From positions 64,001-128,000 of the forward strand of contig JAXMOL010000007.1 of assembly GCA_034669905.1 (NCBI GenBank): a stretch of 64,000 nt of DNA, in the 5' to 3' direction. Numbering within the stretch: the first letter of the stretch is position 1; every line of letters begins with the position of its first letter. This DNA comes from Candidatus Hydrogenedentota bacterium. GTDB lineage: Bacteria; Hydrogenedentota; Hydrogenedentia; Hydrogenedentales; JAEUWI01. Of the stretch, positions 39,886 to 49,504 are shown in pieces. A program made the position numbers and the translations under genes. The notes beneath the pieces are model-generated. The model saw only the letters and a program-made list of their open reading frames with translations. It made no database searches and was not told where the DNA came from.

Positions 39886-42776
39886 GGCTGGACGGCATCG
39901 TGCGCGGCGGCACGGGGATAGGGGGATCGAATTTTTAAGATCTGGACGTCGCTGAGCTCCGCGACACTGAGTCGGTGCACTTCAAGCTGGAGACGCAAAT
40001 GCGCCACGGACCCATCGGTTGGAACATAACGCACCCTTGTGGCGGGTTGCGGCGTGTCGCTTTCGAGTAGTAGGCCTTCCCACAGGACTTCAGAGGTCTC
40101 ATCAATCACCTGCCATTCGAGGCGGGCGTGCCCTGCGGGTGCGGCCAGCCCACCCAGTACCAGTGCGCCGTCAAAACCTTCCAGTGAAGTGGGCACGCTA
40201 TAGATCCAGTTGAGACCGGGGACGCGCCACACGGTGTGGCCCTTTGTCTCGCTTCGGGTTGCCGAATAGGCCGGACGGAGCTCAAACCACTCGTGCCCGC
40301 CATCAATCCAGCCCGGTGTTGGGCCGGCGACGTCACTTTCGGGAAGGGCCGTGGGCGAAATGCTGCCGGGCACGGCCCATTGAAATTGGAGTATGCCGTC
40401 GGTGCCGTCCAGTCGGTATTGGGCCGATTCCGGGGAAGCGGACAAGACGGTTAGGCCCGTGATCTGCCCGAGGGCGGAACGGTCCACACCCCATAAGAGG
40501 CAGAGGGGGATAAGGGCACCCGGATCCGTGGATTCAACGGGTTGCCAGGCGGTGGGGCGGCGTTCCTCCCCTTCGACGGCGGGGAGCCAGGCCATCTGTT
40601 CCAGCGCCGTGAGAAAGGCCGACCGGCGTTCGGGTCTGGCATCGAGATATAACGCGTGGGCCCGGGCCAGGGGGGCGTAGGAGCTCCCCGCCGGGACACC
40701 GTCCAGGAGACCGAGGGCCACTCCATTATCGCTGGCGGCTTCCGGGGACAGGGCCTGTAGATAGGCGCTGTCTGATTGCGGCTGGCCGTCCTGGCCGGTG
40801 AGCCCATCGGCAAAGTCCGCCGCACGGGCCGTCCAACCAGTTTCCGTATAGATCGCACGGAGCAGTTCATGGTACGGCGCGAAGGCCTCGTCGCGCAGGT
40901 CGGCATAGGCGCGCGCCAATTCAAACTGGGCGAGTGCCCCGCGGGTATCCCCCTGCTCTGCGAGATATTGGCCCCGGACCAGACGCGCCTCGGCAAAATA
41001 GTAGGGCGCCTCCGTATTGACCCGTCGGCTGGTGGTTTCATTGGCGATGCGGAATACCATGGCGCGCTCGAGGTGATGCAGGGCACGGGCGTCATCCCCT
41101 GCGAGCAAGAGCGTCTTCGCATAGACCACGTGGGTATTATAGTCGCCCACTTGCGTCTGAATGGCGCGTCGGGCGATTCGCAGGGCCTTCTCCAGGTCAC
41201 CTTCTTCGATGGCCTTGGCGACGTTCTTTACGTAGAGGTCGGTGTGGAGCGATTCAAAGCGCATACACACCGCCATGAAGACCAGGAAGGCCACGACGGC
41301 AGTCGCAACGAAGGCCAGGGGTGCTTTGGGATAGGCCCGTTGGCCACCCAGCCACGCCGCCGTGATAAAAGACAGCCCCAGGAGCAACCAGAAAGACTGG
41401 GCCATGACGGGCCATTGGAAGAAATTCTCAAAGGTACTGTGAAAGAGGTATCCCGTCAGACCGGCCGCGATACCCGCAAAGAGGGCGATATCGTGTTTGT
41501 GCTCGGGCCGCGCCTGGTATACCCGCCAGAGCCGCTCAAGCCAGACCACTACAATCGCCAGGAAGGCCACGAGACCGATGGCACCCGTCTTCACAAAGAT
41601 CTGCAGGTAGGCACTGTGTACCGTGGCCTCCTCCGGATCTTCCGGCCGGGCAATGGGCACGTAGGCGTCTTCTTCCAGAATGGCATCGATCTCGTAGTAG
41701 CAGCCCCAGCCGAGACCGAGGATCGGGTGGGCCTCGGCGATCATGACGGCTGCCGCGTAGTATTTGGCACGCTCCATGAGCGAGCGATCTTCTTCCGGAT
41801 TACTGAAGGTGGAGAGACGGGACAGGACCATGGGGCCTGCGACGACGGCGAAGAGCAGGACGGCGACGCCAATGGCGATGGTCCCTTTCTTTCCGGGGCG
41901 CACCCAATAGAACAGGAAGCCGAGGGCGAGTAACATGCCCACCCAGGAGCCCCGGGTTTTTGTATAGACCAGGGCCAGCAGACAGAGGGCGATACAGACC
42001 AGAAGCATTCCCTTGAGGCCGCGCTTCTCGGTGGCCAGAATAATGCCGATGGCGGGGCCCACGGCGAGCACCATGAGGCCCCCCAGGGGCGTGGCGCCGT
42101 AGAAGGAACCACTCCGTACGCCCCGGTGGAGCACCAGGTCGCTGGCAATCTGAATCTCGGAAATGCCGATGGGGATAAAGTGTTGGATAATGCCATGAAT
42201 GGCGACCACCGTGGCACCTGACACAAAAGCTACGCCAATCTGTATGACCTGTTCCCGTGTGGTGACCCGGTGGAGGACATAAAGAAAGAGCACCACAAAC
42301 TCGACAAACTGACGGAAGTCCTGGAGTACTTCGCGGGGGTCGTTCTGGCGGTAGAACCCCGTTCCAATGGCGAGCACCATGACCGCCCCAAAGGCGAAGA
42401 GGCTTTTCCAGGGGGCCAGGGCCGAGGGGGACTCACGATGGCGCAAGAAGCGCAGGCCCTCTTTTGCAAAGAGCCCCAATATGAGCACTTCGGGCAGGTT
42501 AACGGTGACGCCCAAGATCTCGCGCTGTACCACCCCGAAAGGCATAATTGCGAAGGCCGCGAAACACAGGGCCCAATGACTGTTCTGAAAAAGAAGTGCG
42601 AGTCCCACCGAAGCGAGGGGGATGCCAACGGCCTGTCCCGCCGGAAGTTGCTCCAGGCCCACGAGGGCCGCGGCGATGGCACCCGTCACCAGGAAGAGGG
42701 TGAGCAGCCGTATGCCGTCTTTTCGGGATACGGTGGCGGGGCTATCCGCGTGTGCAGGTTCCGATAACCAACGCAT
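39882..42776 (-). CDS. O-antigen-ligase (Wzy_C)-family membrane protein with TPR and extra C-terminal domains
   Basis: Many TM segments; TKTRGSW, ER, HPILGLGWG, HSAYLQ...G; TPR-like helices after the last TM. Start is uncertain. Confidence 0.8.
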   Translation of the reverse strand: MRWLSEPAHADSPATVSRKDGIRLLTLFLVTGAIAAALVGLEQLPAGQAVGIPLASVGLALLFQNSHWALCFAAFAIMPFGVVQREILGVTVNLPEVLILGLFAKEGLRFLRHRESPSALAPWKSLFAFGAVMVLAIGTGFYRQNDPREVLQDFRQFVEFVVLFLYVLHRVTTREQVIQIGVAFVSGATVVAIHGIIQHFIPIGISEIQIASDLVLHRGVRSGSFYGATPLGGLMVLAVGPAIGIILATEKRGLKGMLLVCIALCLLALVYTKTRGSWVGMLLALGFLFYWVRPGKKGTIAIGVAVLLFAVVAGPMVLSRLSTFSNPEEDRSLMERAKYYAAAVMIAEAHPILGLGWGCYYEIDAILEEDAYVPIARPEDPEEATVHSAYLQIFVKTGAIGLVAFLAIVVVWLERLWRVYQARPEHKHDIALFAGIAAGLTGYLFHSTFENFFQWPVMAQSFWLLLGLSFITAAWLGGQRAYPKAPLAFVATAVVAFLVFMAVCMRFESLHTDLYVKNVAKAIEEGDLEKALRIARRAIQTQVGDYNTHVVYAKTLLLAGDDARALHHLERAMVFRIANETTSRRVNTEAPYYFAEARLVRGQYLAEQGDTRGALAQFELARAYADLRDEAFAPYHELLRAIYTETGWTARAADFADGLTGQDGQPQSDSAYLQALSPEAASDNGVALGLLDGVPAGSSYAPLARAHALYLDARPERRSAFLTALEQMAWLPAVEGEERRPTAWQPVESTDPGALIPLCLLWGVDRSALGQITGLTVLSASPESAQYRLDGTDGILQFQWAVPGSISPTALPESDVAGPTPGWIDGGHEWFELRPAYSATRSETKGHTVWRVPGLNWIYSVPTSLEGFDGALVLGGLAAPAGHARLEWQVIDETSEVLWEGLLLESDTPQPATRVRYVPTDGSVAHLRLQLEVHRLSVAELSDVQILKIRSPYPRAAAHDAVQP

Positions 42777-42870
42777 CAATGGGGGTGCTTTCGGAGTCGT
42801 TTGGAACGTGAATGGAACGAGGCGGATCAAATTCCCGCATGGAACGACCGCCTTTACCCATCAGAGCTTA

Positions 42871-42913
42871 TAAAAAGAGTCCGGGGTGGGGCGTTGCGCT
42901 ACCCACCCCGGAC
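42871..42913 (-). terminator. Intrinsic terminator downstream of wecC
   Basis: Minus strand gtccggggtggg-tagcgcaacgc-cccaccccggac followed by tcttttt. Confidence 0.8.
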
Positions 42914-42986
42914 GTTACGGAATTTTAGATTGCATTGACCCGCGTCCACCACCTTGATTCCGGGCGGAGACCGGTCGATGGCGGGC

Positions 42987-44246
42987 CTATACGGCCCCGG
43001 AACCCAGTACCTTGACCTGGAAGCCCGCCTTCCGCCACTCATTGTGGTCCAGCAGGTTGCGCGTGTCAAAGAGCACGGGCTTGCGCACCAGCTTCTCCAG
43101 CTGGTTGGGATTCAGGTACTTGTAGTCGCTGTGGTCCGTCAGCAATACCACGCAGTCGGCGTCCTTGAAGCAATCTTCAATACTTGCCAGTTCCATGGTG
43201 CTCTTCTTGACGTAGGGGTCATGGGCGGCGACTTCCATGCCTTTTTCCTGGAGCAGCTCCACGACGGTGACCGAAGGGCTCTCGCGCATGTCGTCCACGT
43301 TGCCCTTGAAGGCCAGCCCGAGGGCCGCCACCTTGGGTTTGTCCACCCCGGCGACCAGTTCGGCCACGCCATTGGCGACATGGGCGGGCATGCCATCGTT
43401 CCGAAGGCGCGCCCGGTGAATGAGGTCCGTGTCTTCCGGGAATTGCTCGATGAGGAACCAGGGGTCCACCGAGATGCAGTGCCCACCCACACCGGGGCCG
43501 GCCGTGTGAATGTTGACCCGGGGGTGGCGGTTGGCCAGCTTGGCCACGGCGCTGAAATTGATGCCGAGTTTCTCGCAGAGAATGGCGGCTTCATTGGCCA
43601 GCGCGATGTTGACGTCGCGGAAGGTGTTTTCGATAACCTTCACCATTTCGGCGGTGGTCACGTCGGTCAGGAATATCTCCCCTTCCACAAAGCTGCCGTA
43701 GATGGCTTCGGCGCGGGCGGCACAATGTTCGCCATAGCCGCCAATTACGCGATCGTTCTCGATCAGTTCCTTGAGAATGCGGCCGGGCAATACCCGTTCC
43801 GGGCAGTGGGCCAGATACACATCCGAGCCAACCTTAAGGCCCGCTTCTTCCAGAATGGGGCAAATAAGATCCCGACAGGTCCCGGGAGGGGACGTGGATT
43901 CCAGGATGATCAGGTTACCGTTCTGGAGATGGGGGACGATGGCTTCCGTCGCACTGCGGACGTAGCTCATGTCGGCCTGCTTTGCTTCATTCATCGGCGT
44001 GGGCACCGAGAGGAAGAAGACATCGGAAGGCTCGGGCGTCAGCGAAGCGCGGAGATTGCCCGAGCCAATAGCCGCCTGAACCACGGTGTGGAGACCAGGC
44101 TCTTCAATGTGGATATTACCGGCGTTCACCGTATCCACCACATTGGCGCTTACGTCCACGCCGAGCACCTGGAATCCATTGGAGGCCAATACACTGGCCG
44201 TGGGCAGGCCGATGTAGCCCAGTCCCATCACACAAACTTTTTTCAT
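42987..44246 (-). CDS. wecC: UDP-N-acetyl-D-mannosamine dehydrogenase
   Basis: GLGYIGLP, VPTP, ESTSPPG, CPERVLPG, ENTFRDVNIA, GPGVGGHCI, FKGNVDDMRESP. Confidence 0.92.
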   Translation of the reverse strand: MKKVCVMGLGYIGLPTASVLASNGFQVLGVDVSANVVDTVNAGNIHIEEPGLHTVVQAAIGSGNLRASLTPEPSDVFFLSVPTPMNEAKQADMSYVRSATEAIVPHLQNGNLIILESTSPPGTCRDLICPILEEAGLKVGSDVYLAHCPERVLPGRILKELIENDRVIGGYGEHCAARAEAIYGSFVEGEIFLTDVTTAEMVKVIENTFRDVNIALANEAAILCEKLGINFSAVAKLANRHPRVNIHTAGPGVGGHCISVDPWFLIEQFPEDTDLIHRARLRNDGMPAHVANGVAELVAGVDKPKVAALGLAFKGNVDDMRESPSVTVVELLQEKGMEVAAHDPYVKKSTMELASIEDCFKDADCVVLLTDHSDYKYLNPNQLEKLVRKPVLFDTRNLLDHNEWRKAGFQVKVLGSGAV

Positions 44247-45361
44247 GATTCTTCCTTTTTCAATGACATGAGGTGATCGGCGATACGTTTACTGGCGAGC
44301 CCGTCGCCGTAGGGATTCACGGCATTCGCCATGGCATCATAGGCATCGGTGTCGTCCAGCAAGCGCTGCACATTCGATACGATTCCATCGTAGGAGTTGC
44401 CCACCAGCATGGCGGTGCCCGCATCCATGGCCTCAGGGCGTTCGGTCATTTCGCGCATGACCAACACGGGCTTGCCCAGCGAGGGCGCTTCTTCCTGGAT
44501 GCCGCCCGAATCGGTGAGCACAATGGTGGCCTTTTTCAACAGGTGGACAAAGGGCACATAATCCAACGGGGCAATCAAGTGGACCCGGTCCTGGTCTTTG
44601 AGAATCTTGTTGACCGATTTGAGCACGTTCGGGTTCGGGTGCACCGGGTAGACCACTTCTACATCCGGGTTGTTGGCGGCGAGATCGCGAATGGCGGTGC
44701 ACATCTGGTCGAAGCGATCGCCGAAGCTTTCGCGGCGGTGGGCCGTCACCAGGATAAGACGCCGTTCGCTGCCAATATTCTGAAGCAAGGGATCGTCAAA
44801 CTCGAAGGGCCGATTCGAAACTTCCAGGAGCGCATCGATCACCGTGTTGCCCGTGATCTGAATGCCTTTTTCGGAGATGTTCTCTTTCAGCAGATTGTCC
44901 CGCGAGCCTTCGGTAGGGGGGTAGTGGTAATCGCACAGGGCATCGCCCAGCACCCGGTTCATCTCTTCCGGGAAGGGACGGTACTTGTCGTAGGTGCGCA
45001 ATCCCGCTTCCACGTGGCCCACCCGAATGTTTTTGTAATAGCAGGCCAGGGCCGCCGCGAAAGTGGTGGTTGTATCCCCATGGACCAGGGCCACATCGGG
45101 CGCGAAATCGTCCAAAACACCGGCCATACCGTTCAGCACATTTGTCGTGATATCAAAGATGGTCTGATTGGGCTTCATCAGGTCCAGATCATATTCCACG
45201 GAAATACCGAAGACGTCGATGACCTGGTCCAGCAGTTCCCGGTGTTGGGCCGTCAGACAGACCCGCACGTCGAAAACGCCTTCTCGGCTTCGCAGTTCAT
45301 TTACGATAGGGCACATCTTGATCGCCTCAGGGCGCGTCCCCATGACCACTAATACTTTCAT
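44243..45361 (-). CDS. wecB: UDP-N-acetylglucosamine 2-epimerase (non-hydrolysing)
   Basis: GTRPEAIKM, HGDTTT, HVEAGLRT, HRRE, TDSGGIQEEAP, NPYGDG. Confidence 0.96.
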   Translation of the reverse strand: MKVLVVMGTRPEAIKMCPIVNELRSREGVFDVRVCLTAQHRELLDQVIDVFGISVEYDLDLMKPNQTIFDITTNVLNGMAGVLDDFAPDVALVHGDTTTTFAAALACYYKNIRVGHVEAGLRTYDKYRPFPEEMNRVLGDALCDYHYPPTEGSRDNLLKENISEKGIQITGNTVIDALLEVSNRPFEFDDPLLQNIGSERRLILVTAHRRESFGDRFDQMCTAIRDLAANNPDVEVVYPVHPNPNVLKSVNKILKDQDRVHLIAPLDYVPFVHLLKKATIVLTDSGGIQEEAPSLGKPVLVMREMTERPEAMDAGTAMLVGNSYDGIVSNVQRLLDDTDAYDAMANAVNPYGDGLASKRIADHLMSLKKEES

Positions 45362-45432
45362 TGTGTAAAACCTTTATACCCCGGTTGCTTCTAATCCATT
45401 GCCTAACCCCGCCGCCCCGTTCTGCGATGCCG

Positions 45433-46107
45433 TCACGACACGGGTTTTTTTCCGGTCAGCGCTTCGGGGCGCTCGGGAAGGCCCTTCAGATGGCGGTGTA
45501 AATCCATATTGGGCCTTACGATCGCCAGCAGTGTCAATGCGATCAACTTGAAATCCAGCCAAAGTGACCGATGCTGGTGGTACCACGCTTCCAGGGCACC
45601 CTTGTAGGGGCTTACATGCGCCGCGTAGAAATCGTGGTGCGGCATGTCCTGGGCGCTGATTAGCGATTCTTCGTCACGAAATAGAATGGAGCCCACGCCG
45701 CTCAGGCCAGGGCGTAATTCCCCGATGATTTTGCGGTGCTCCTCACTATAGTAATTAAACATTTTCTCCGTGAGGGGGCGGGGCCCGATGATGCTCATAT
45801 CCCCCTTCAGTACGTTCAGAATCTGGGGCAGCTCGTTAATCTTGGTCTTGCGGAGGAAGCGGCCGAACGGCAACACCCGCGGGTCATTGCGGACGGTGAT
45901 GTCGGTCGTGCCCATGTTCGGGCTATCCTTCAACATGGTGGCAAATTTGAGCAAGGGGAAGATCTGTCCGCCTTTTCCCACGCGATCCTGCGCGTAGAAG
46001 ACATAGTGTTCACCCGTCAGCTTCAGGATGAGCATCACCGGAAGCAACAGGGGCGACAGGACCACAAGGGCCAGCGATGACAATAAAATATCTACCAGGC
46101 GTTTCAT
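45433..46107 (-). CDS. Initiating phosphoglycosyl transferase (monotopic sugar transferase)
   Basis: KRLVDI, KFATM, DPRV..GRFLRKTKINELPQ..NVLKGDMS..GPRP. Confidence 0.9.
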   Translation of the reverse strand: MKRLVDILLSSLALVVLSPLLLPVMLILKLTGEHYVFYAQDRVGKGGQIFPLLKFATMLKDSPNMGTTDITVRNDPRVLPFGRFLRKTKINELPQILNVLKGDMSIIGPRPLTEKMFNYYSEEHRKIIGELRPGLSGVGSILFRDEESLISAQDMPHHDFYAAHVSPYKGALEAWYHQHRSLWLDFKLIALTLLAIVRPNMDLHRHLKGLPERPEALTGKKPVS

Positions 46108-46119
46108 GGGTGCACCCTC

Positions 46120-47319
46120 TTACATTTTTTGATCAAGGTTTTTCCCCGTTTCCACGTGTTGCAATGTGGGGACGACCTGGCGCATGGCGCGCACGTAGTC
46201 ATCCTTAGTGACATTCGCATCGGTTTTGGCGTCGCGGCAGAAGGCGAGAAAGGCTTCCAGCGGGGCCCGTTCACTAAGGGGTGCACTCTTTATGACGCCT
46301 ACCTGCGCGAAGCGGTCGAGATCGATTTCTTCGCCGGTGGTAAAAAACTCTTCAAAGCCCTTTTCGCCACTGGTGTCTGTCTTGAAGAAATAGCAGGGCC
46401 ACTGGCCGTGGGGCACCAGTTCAGGGATACGGCGCCGGGCCTCGTCCTCGGAAGCACACGTGACGGTCTCATAACCAAGTGACTGAAGCAGATCGATGGC
46501 AATCTGGGCAAAGGTCTTTTCGTGATGGCCCGTGCTGAGTTTCGGAAAGAAGATATCGCGGTTCTCGCCCAACATGCAGGAAAGGACACACAACTCCCCG
46601 GCTTCCTCATGGGAAATAAAATAGCGCCGCACATCTTCGGGCGCGGAAAGCGGCTGATGCTTTCGGATGCGATGGAGAAACCCGAAGGGGAGACTACCAT
46701 CGGAAAAGGCCACGTTTGCAAAGCGGGCTGTCGAATAGGGCTGCCGATCAGACGCCGCCGACAGCACCTTCTCCATGACCATCTTGCTTGCCCCCATGAG
46801 ATTGGCCGGATTGGCGGCCTTGTCAGAGGAAACCGAAAACACTTTCCGGAAGGTATAGGGGTTTTCCTGCAAAAAGTCGTGAAAGTGGACCGCGTTTGTA
46901 TCGAGCATGCGCATCAGGCAGTGGATATTCTTTTCGGAGCGCACGTGTTTGATCGCGGAGAGGTTAAAGAAATAATCGAAGGGTTCCGTGTCCTTGAAAT
47001 AGCGATCGAATTCGACGGTCCCCAGGGCGATGGGCAGGGTCTCGAAGGCATCGGGCATGGAAACATGGTCGGAAGATCGGAGATCGCGAACCAGTTCCAC
47101 CAGGTTGTTTTCGCTGATATCAATAAGCGATAAGGCCGCAGGTTGGAAGCGAAGCAAGGTCTTGACGACCGCACTGCCTACCGAACCCGCCGCGCCGACA
47201 ACGGCAATCCGCGCGCCGGATATCGCTTCGCGCAGGGTGGCCTCGTGGGTATCGATGTCGGACGCGAAGAGGGATGTCTCCCGCCCGGTAACCGTGGCTT
47301 CGTGCTGGCTCTGATTCAT
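46120..47319 (-). CDS. UDP-GlcNAc 4,6-dehydratase-like polysaccharide biosynthesis protein
   Basis: GAAGSVG, SAIKHVRSE, SSDKAANPANLMGASK, ARFANVAFSDGS. Confidence 0.85.
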   Translation of the reverse strand: MNQSQHEATVTGRETSLFASDIDTHEATLREAISGARIAVVGAAGSVGSAVVKTLLRFQPAALSLIDISENNLVELVRDLRSSDHVSMPDAFETLPIALGTVEFDRYFKDTEPFDYFFNLSAIKHVRSEKNIHCLMRMLDTNAVHFHDFLQENPYTFRKVFSVSSDKAANPANLMGASKMVMEKVLSAASDRQPYSTARFANVAFSDGSLPFGFLHRIRKHQPLSAPEDVRRYFISHEEAGELCVLSCMLGENRDIFFPKLSTGHHEKTFAQIAIDLLQSLGYETVTCASEDEARRRIPELVPHGQWPCYFFKTDTSGEKGFEEFFTTGEEIDLDRFAQVGVIKSAPLSERAPLEAFLAFCRDAKTDANVTKDDYVRAMRQVVPTLQHVETGKNLDQKM

Positions 47320-48281
47320 ACGACCTTTCCTATATTATCTATGATGCAGGTGGGTTCCCACGCCAGATCGTTCATGGCGCTATCGCTCGAAAACGTCAAG
47401 TCCGTTGTCATTTTCTTCAGTGCGATACGGTCAAAGGGCATTCTTTTTCCGGCGAGGCGCCCCAACACATCACCGACCACGGCCAGTGGTACGGCCAGGG
47501 GCGTCGGAAGGGAGGGGTTGGGGCGTTTCCCAAGGGCCTGACAAAGGGCCTGATAGAGTTCGTTAAAGCTCGTGTCTCGCCCGTCCGTCAGATTGTAGGT
47601 GCCACCGCCCCCCGCGACCAGTCGGCAGATGAACGGTGCGATATCGTCAATCCACACGAAACTTCGACGTGCCGTCCCGCCACCGACATTGAAATAGTAG
47701 CCTTTTTGGATAGAGCGGATCATGTTGCCCAGGTTGCCAGGCGCATTGGGGCCGGCAATCAGAGGGAGTCTTACGATGGCTTTGATCGTGCCCTCGCTGC
47801 CCCACTCCCGCACCGCGGTTTCCGCATTGATTTTGCTCAAACCGTAGGGGTCCGTGGCTTCGAGGGGATGGCTTTCGTCCAGGTGTTGGCCTGTCTCCTG
47901 GCCATAGACCGCGACGGTGCTGATCAGGGCCAGCGCCGAGGGTAAGCTGGCCTGGCGCGAAAGGGCTTCCAGAAGGTGCCGGGTCCCATTTTCGTTGACC
48001 TGAAAGAAGGCGGCTTTCTCGGCCTCCGTCACCGGGACACTGTGGGCCTTACCTGCCGCGTGGATTACCAAATCAAAATGGACGTCTGGTAGGTCCGGTG
48101 CGGTCTGGCTGAGGTCAACGGCGATATGATTGGCCGTGGTGCTTTCACCAAGTCCCAGGGTGTAGAGCTCGAAGTCCCCTGACAGCTGCTCATACAGATG
48201 GGAGCCGAGGAAGCCCGGATAGCCCGTCAGCAGGCATTTGCCAAGGGGTGGCGATGGGGCGGTGACGGCGTTATCGGTCAT
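47316..48281 (-). CDS. NAD-dependent epimerase/dehydratase (extended SDR)
   Basis: TGYPGFLG, HAAGKAH, STVAVYG, YGLSK. Confidence 0.88.
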   Translation of the reverse strand: MTDNAVTAPSPPLGKCLLTGYPGFLGSHLYEQLSGDFELYTLGLGESTTANHIAVDLSQTAPDLPDVHFDLVIHAAGKAHSVPVTEAEKAAFFQVNENGTRHLLEALSRQASLPSALALISTVAVYGQETGQHLDESHPLEATDPYGLSKINAETAVREWGSEGTIKAIVRLPLIAGPNAPGNLGNMIRSIQKGYYFNVGGGTARRSFVWIDDIAPFICRLVAGGGGTYNLTDGRDTSFNELYQALCQALGKRPNPSLPTPLAVPLAVVGDVLGRLAGKRMPFDRIALKKMTTDLTFSSDSAMNDLAWEPTCIIDNIGKVV

Positions 48282-49467
48282 GGCACAACGCCTCAAGCAT
48301 CTGTGCGCTCAGCGCGTCCCGGTCAAAGCGTGTTCGGGCAATTTCTTTGGCATTCTGCCCCATTCGCTGGCGTTTTTCCGGATCGTCCGCCAGGCCTTCC
48401 AGCACCGATACGAGTTCTGCGGGATCGTCGGCAGAAATGGTGTAACCACAATCGCTCTCGGCCACGAAATCTTTGATCCAGCCCTGGGTCGTCTGTACCA
48501 CGGGAATGCCTGCGGCCAGCGAGTCAAACAATTTGTTGGGCGAAGAGGTGTCCAGGATGGGGTTCGCCTGCAGCGGAACGACCGAGCAGAGACTCCGTTG
48601 TACCCAGTGCCGCAACTCGGTCTTGGGCATAAGATCAAGTATGCGAAAGGTGGACAGCCCCATTTCCTGTTGGCGGTCCCGTAGGGCGGTGCGCTCTTGC
48701 CCATCCCCTATCAGCACCACGAGAATGTCTTCGCGGCCCCGTTCCATCAACTGCACCGCCGATTCAAAGAGTAGGGTGGAGTTGTTGATGGCACCAATAT
48801 TGCCCGTATACAGGGCAATTTGTTTCCCTGCGGCCCACTCGGGGGGCTGCCAGGTCGAATCCGTCACGTCCCAGAAATCGTTGTCTGCGGCGTTGGGAAT
48901 AGAGATGACATGGTCGAGGCCATGGGCGGCGCGGATGTGTTCCGCCATGCCGGGTGAGAGGGTGACAATCGTGGAAGCCGCGCGATAGCACCATTTCTCC
49001 AGCAGGCGCGACAGTCCGATTAACACCGGATTCTTCAGGGCACCAATTTCGACGGAGATATCGGGCCACAAGTCGCGGACTTCAAAGACGAGTTTCCGGC
49101 CGCGCAGGTATCGGGCCACAAGGCCGGGAAGTCCCACGGTGAGCGGACCCGAGGAGGCTACGACTACGTCGGCTTTCAAGGTCAGGGCATACCAGGAGGA
49201 GAGGGCGGCAAACGTGAGGAAGGTTCCCACGCGTTTCAGAAAGGGTTCCTTGTTAGAGACCCCGATATTGAGAACTTTTACCTTGATGCCGTCAAATTCC
49301 TGGTCTTCCACCAGCTTTTCTGCGGTCAGATCCGACTTGTAGTACAGGCTGGTCACAATGGTGACATCGTGCCCTTGAGCGACCCAGCGCTTGGCGAATT
49401 CATACACCCGTGTCCCCCAGGAACCCTTGGGGGTGGAGAAATACTGATAGAAATAGACGATTTTCAT
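48271..49467 (-). CDS. GT4 glycosyltransferase (WbuB-like)
   Basis: YQYFSTP, FEVRDLWP, YTGNIG, SPNKLFDSLAAGIPV. Confidence 0.9.
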   Translation of the reverse strand: MKIVYFYQYFSTPKGSWGTRVYEFAKRWVAQGHDVTIVTSLYYKSDLTAEKLVEDQEFDGIKVKVLNIGVSNKEPFLKRVGTFLTFAALSSWYALTLKADVVVASSGPLTVGLPGLVARYLRGRKLVFEVRDLWPDISVEIGALKNPVLIGLSRLLEKWCYRAASTIVTLSPGMAEHIRAAHGLDHVISIPNAADNDFWDVTDSTWQPPEWAAGKQIALYTGNIGAINNSTLLFESAVQLMERGREDILVVLIGDGQERTALRDRQQEMGLSTFRILDLMPKTELRHWVQRSLCSVVPLQANPILDTSSPNKLFDSLAAGIPVVQTTQGWIKDFVAESDCGYTISADDPAELVSVLEGLADDPEKRQRMGQNAKEIARTRFDRDALSAQMLEALCHDR

Positions 49468-49504
49468 GAAATCACTTCGTAAACTATAGTCAGCGTAGGG
49501 AGCA

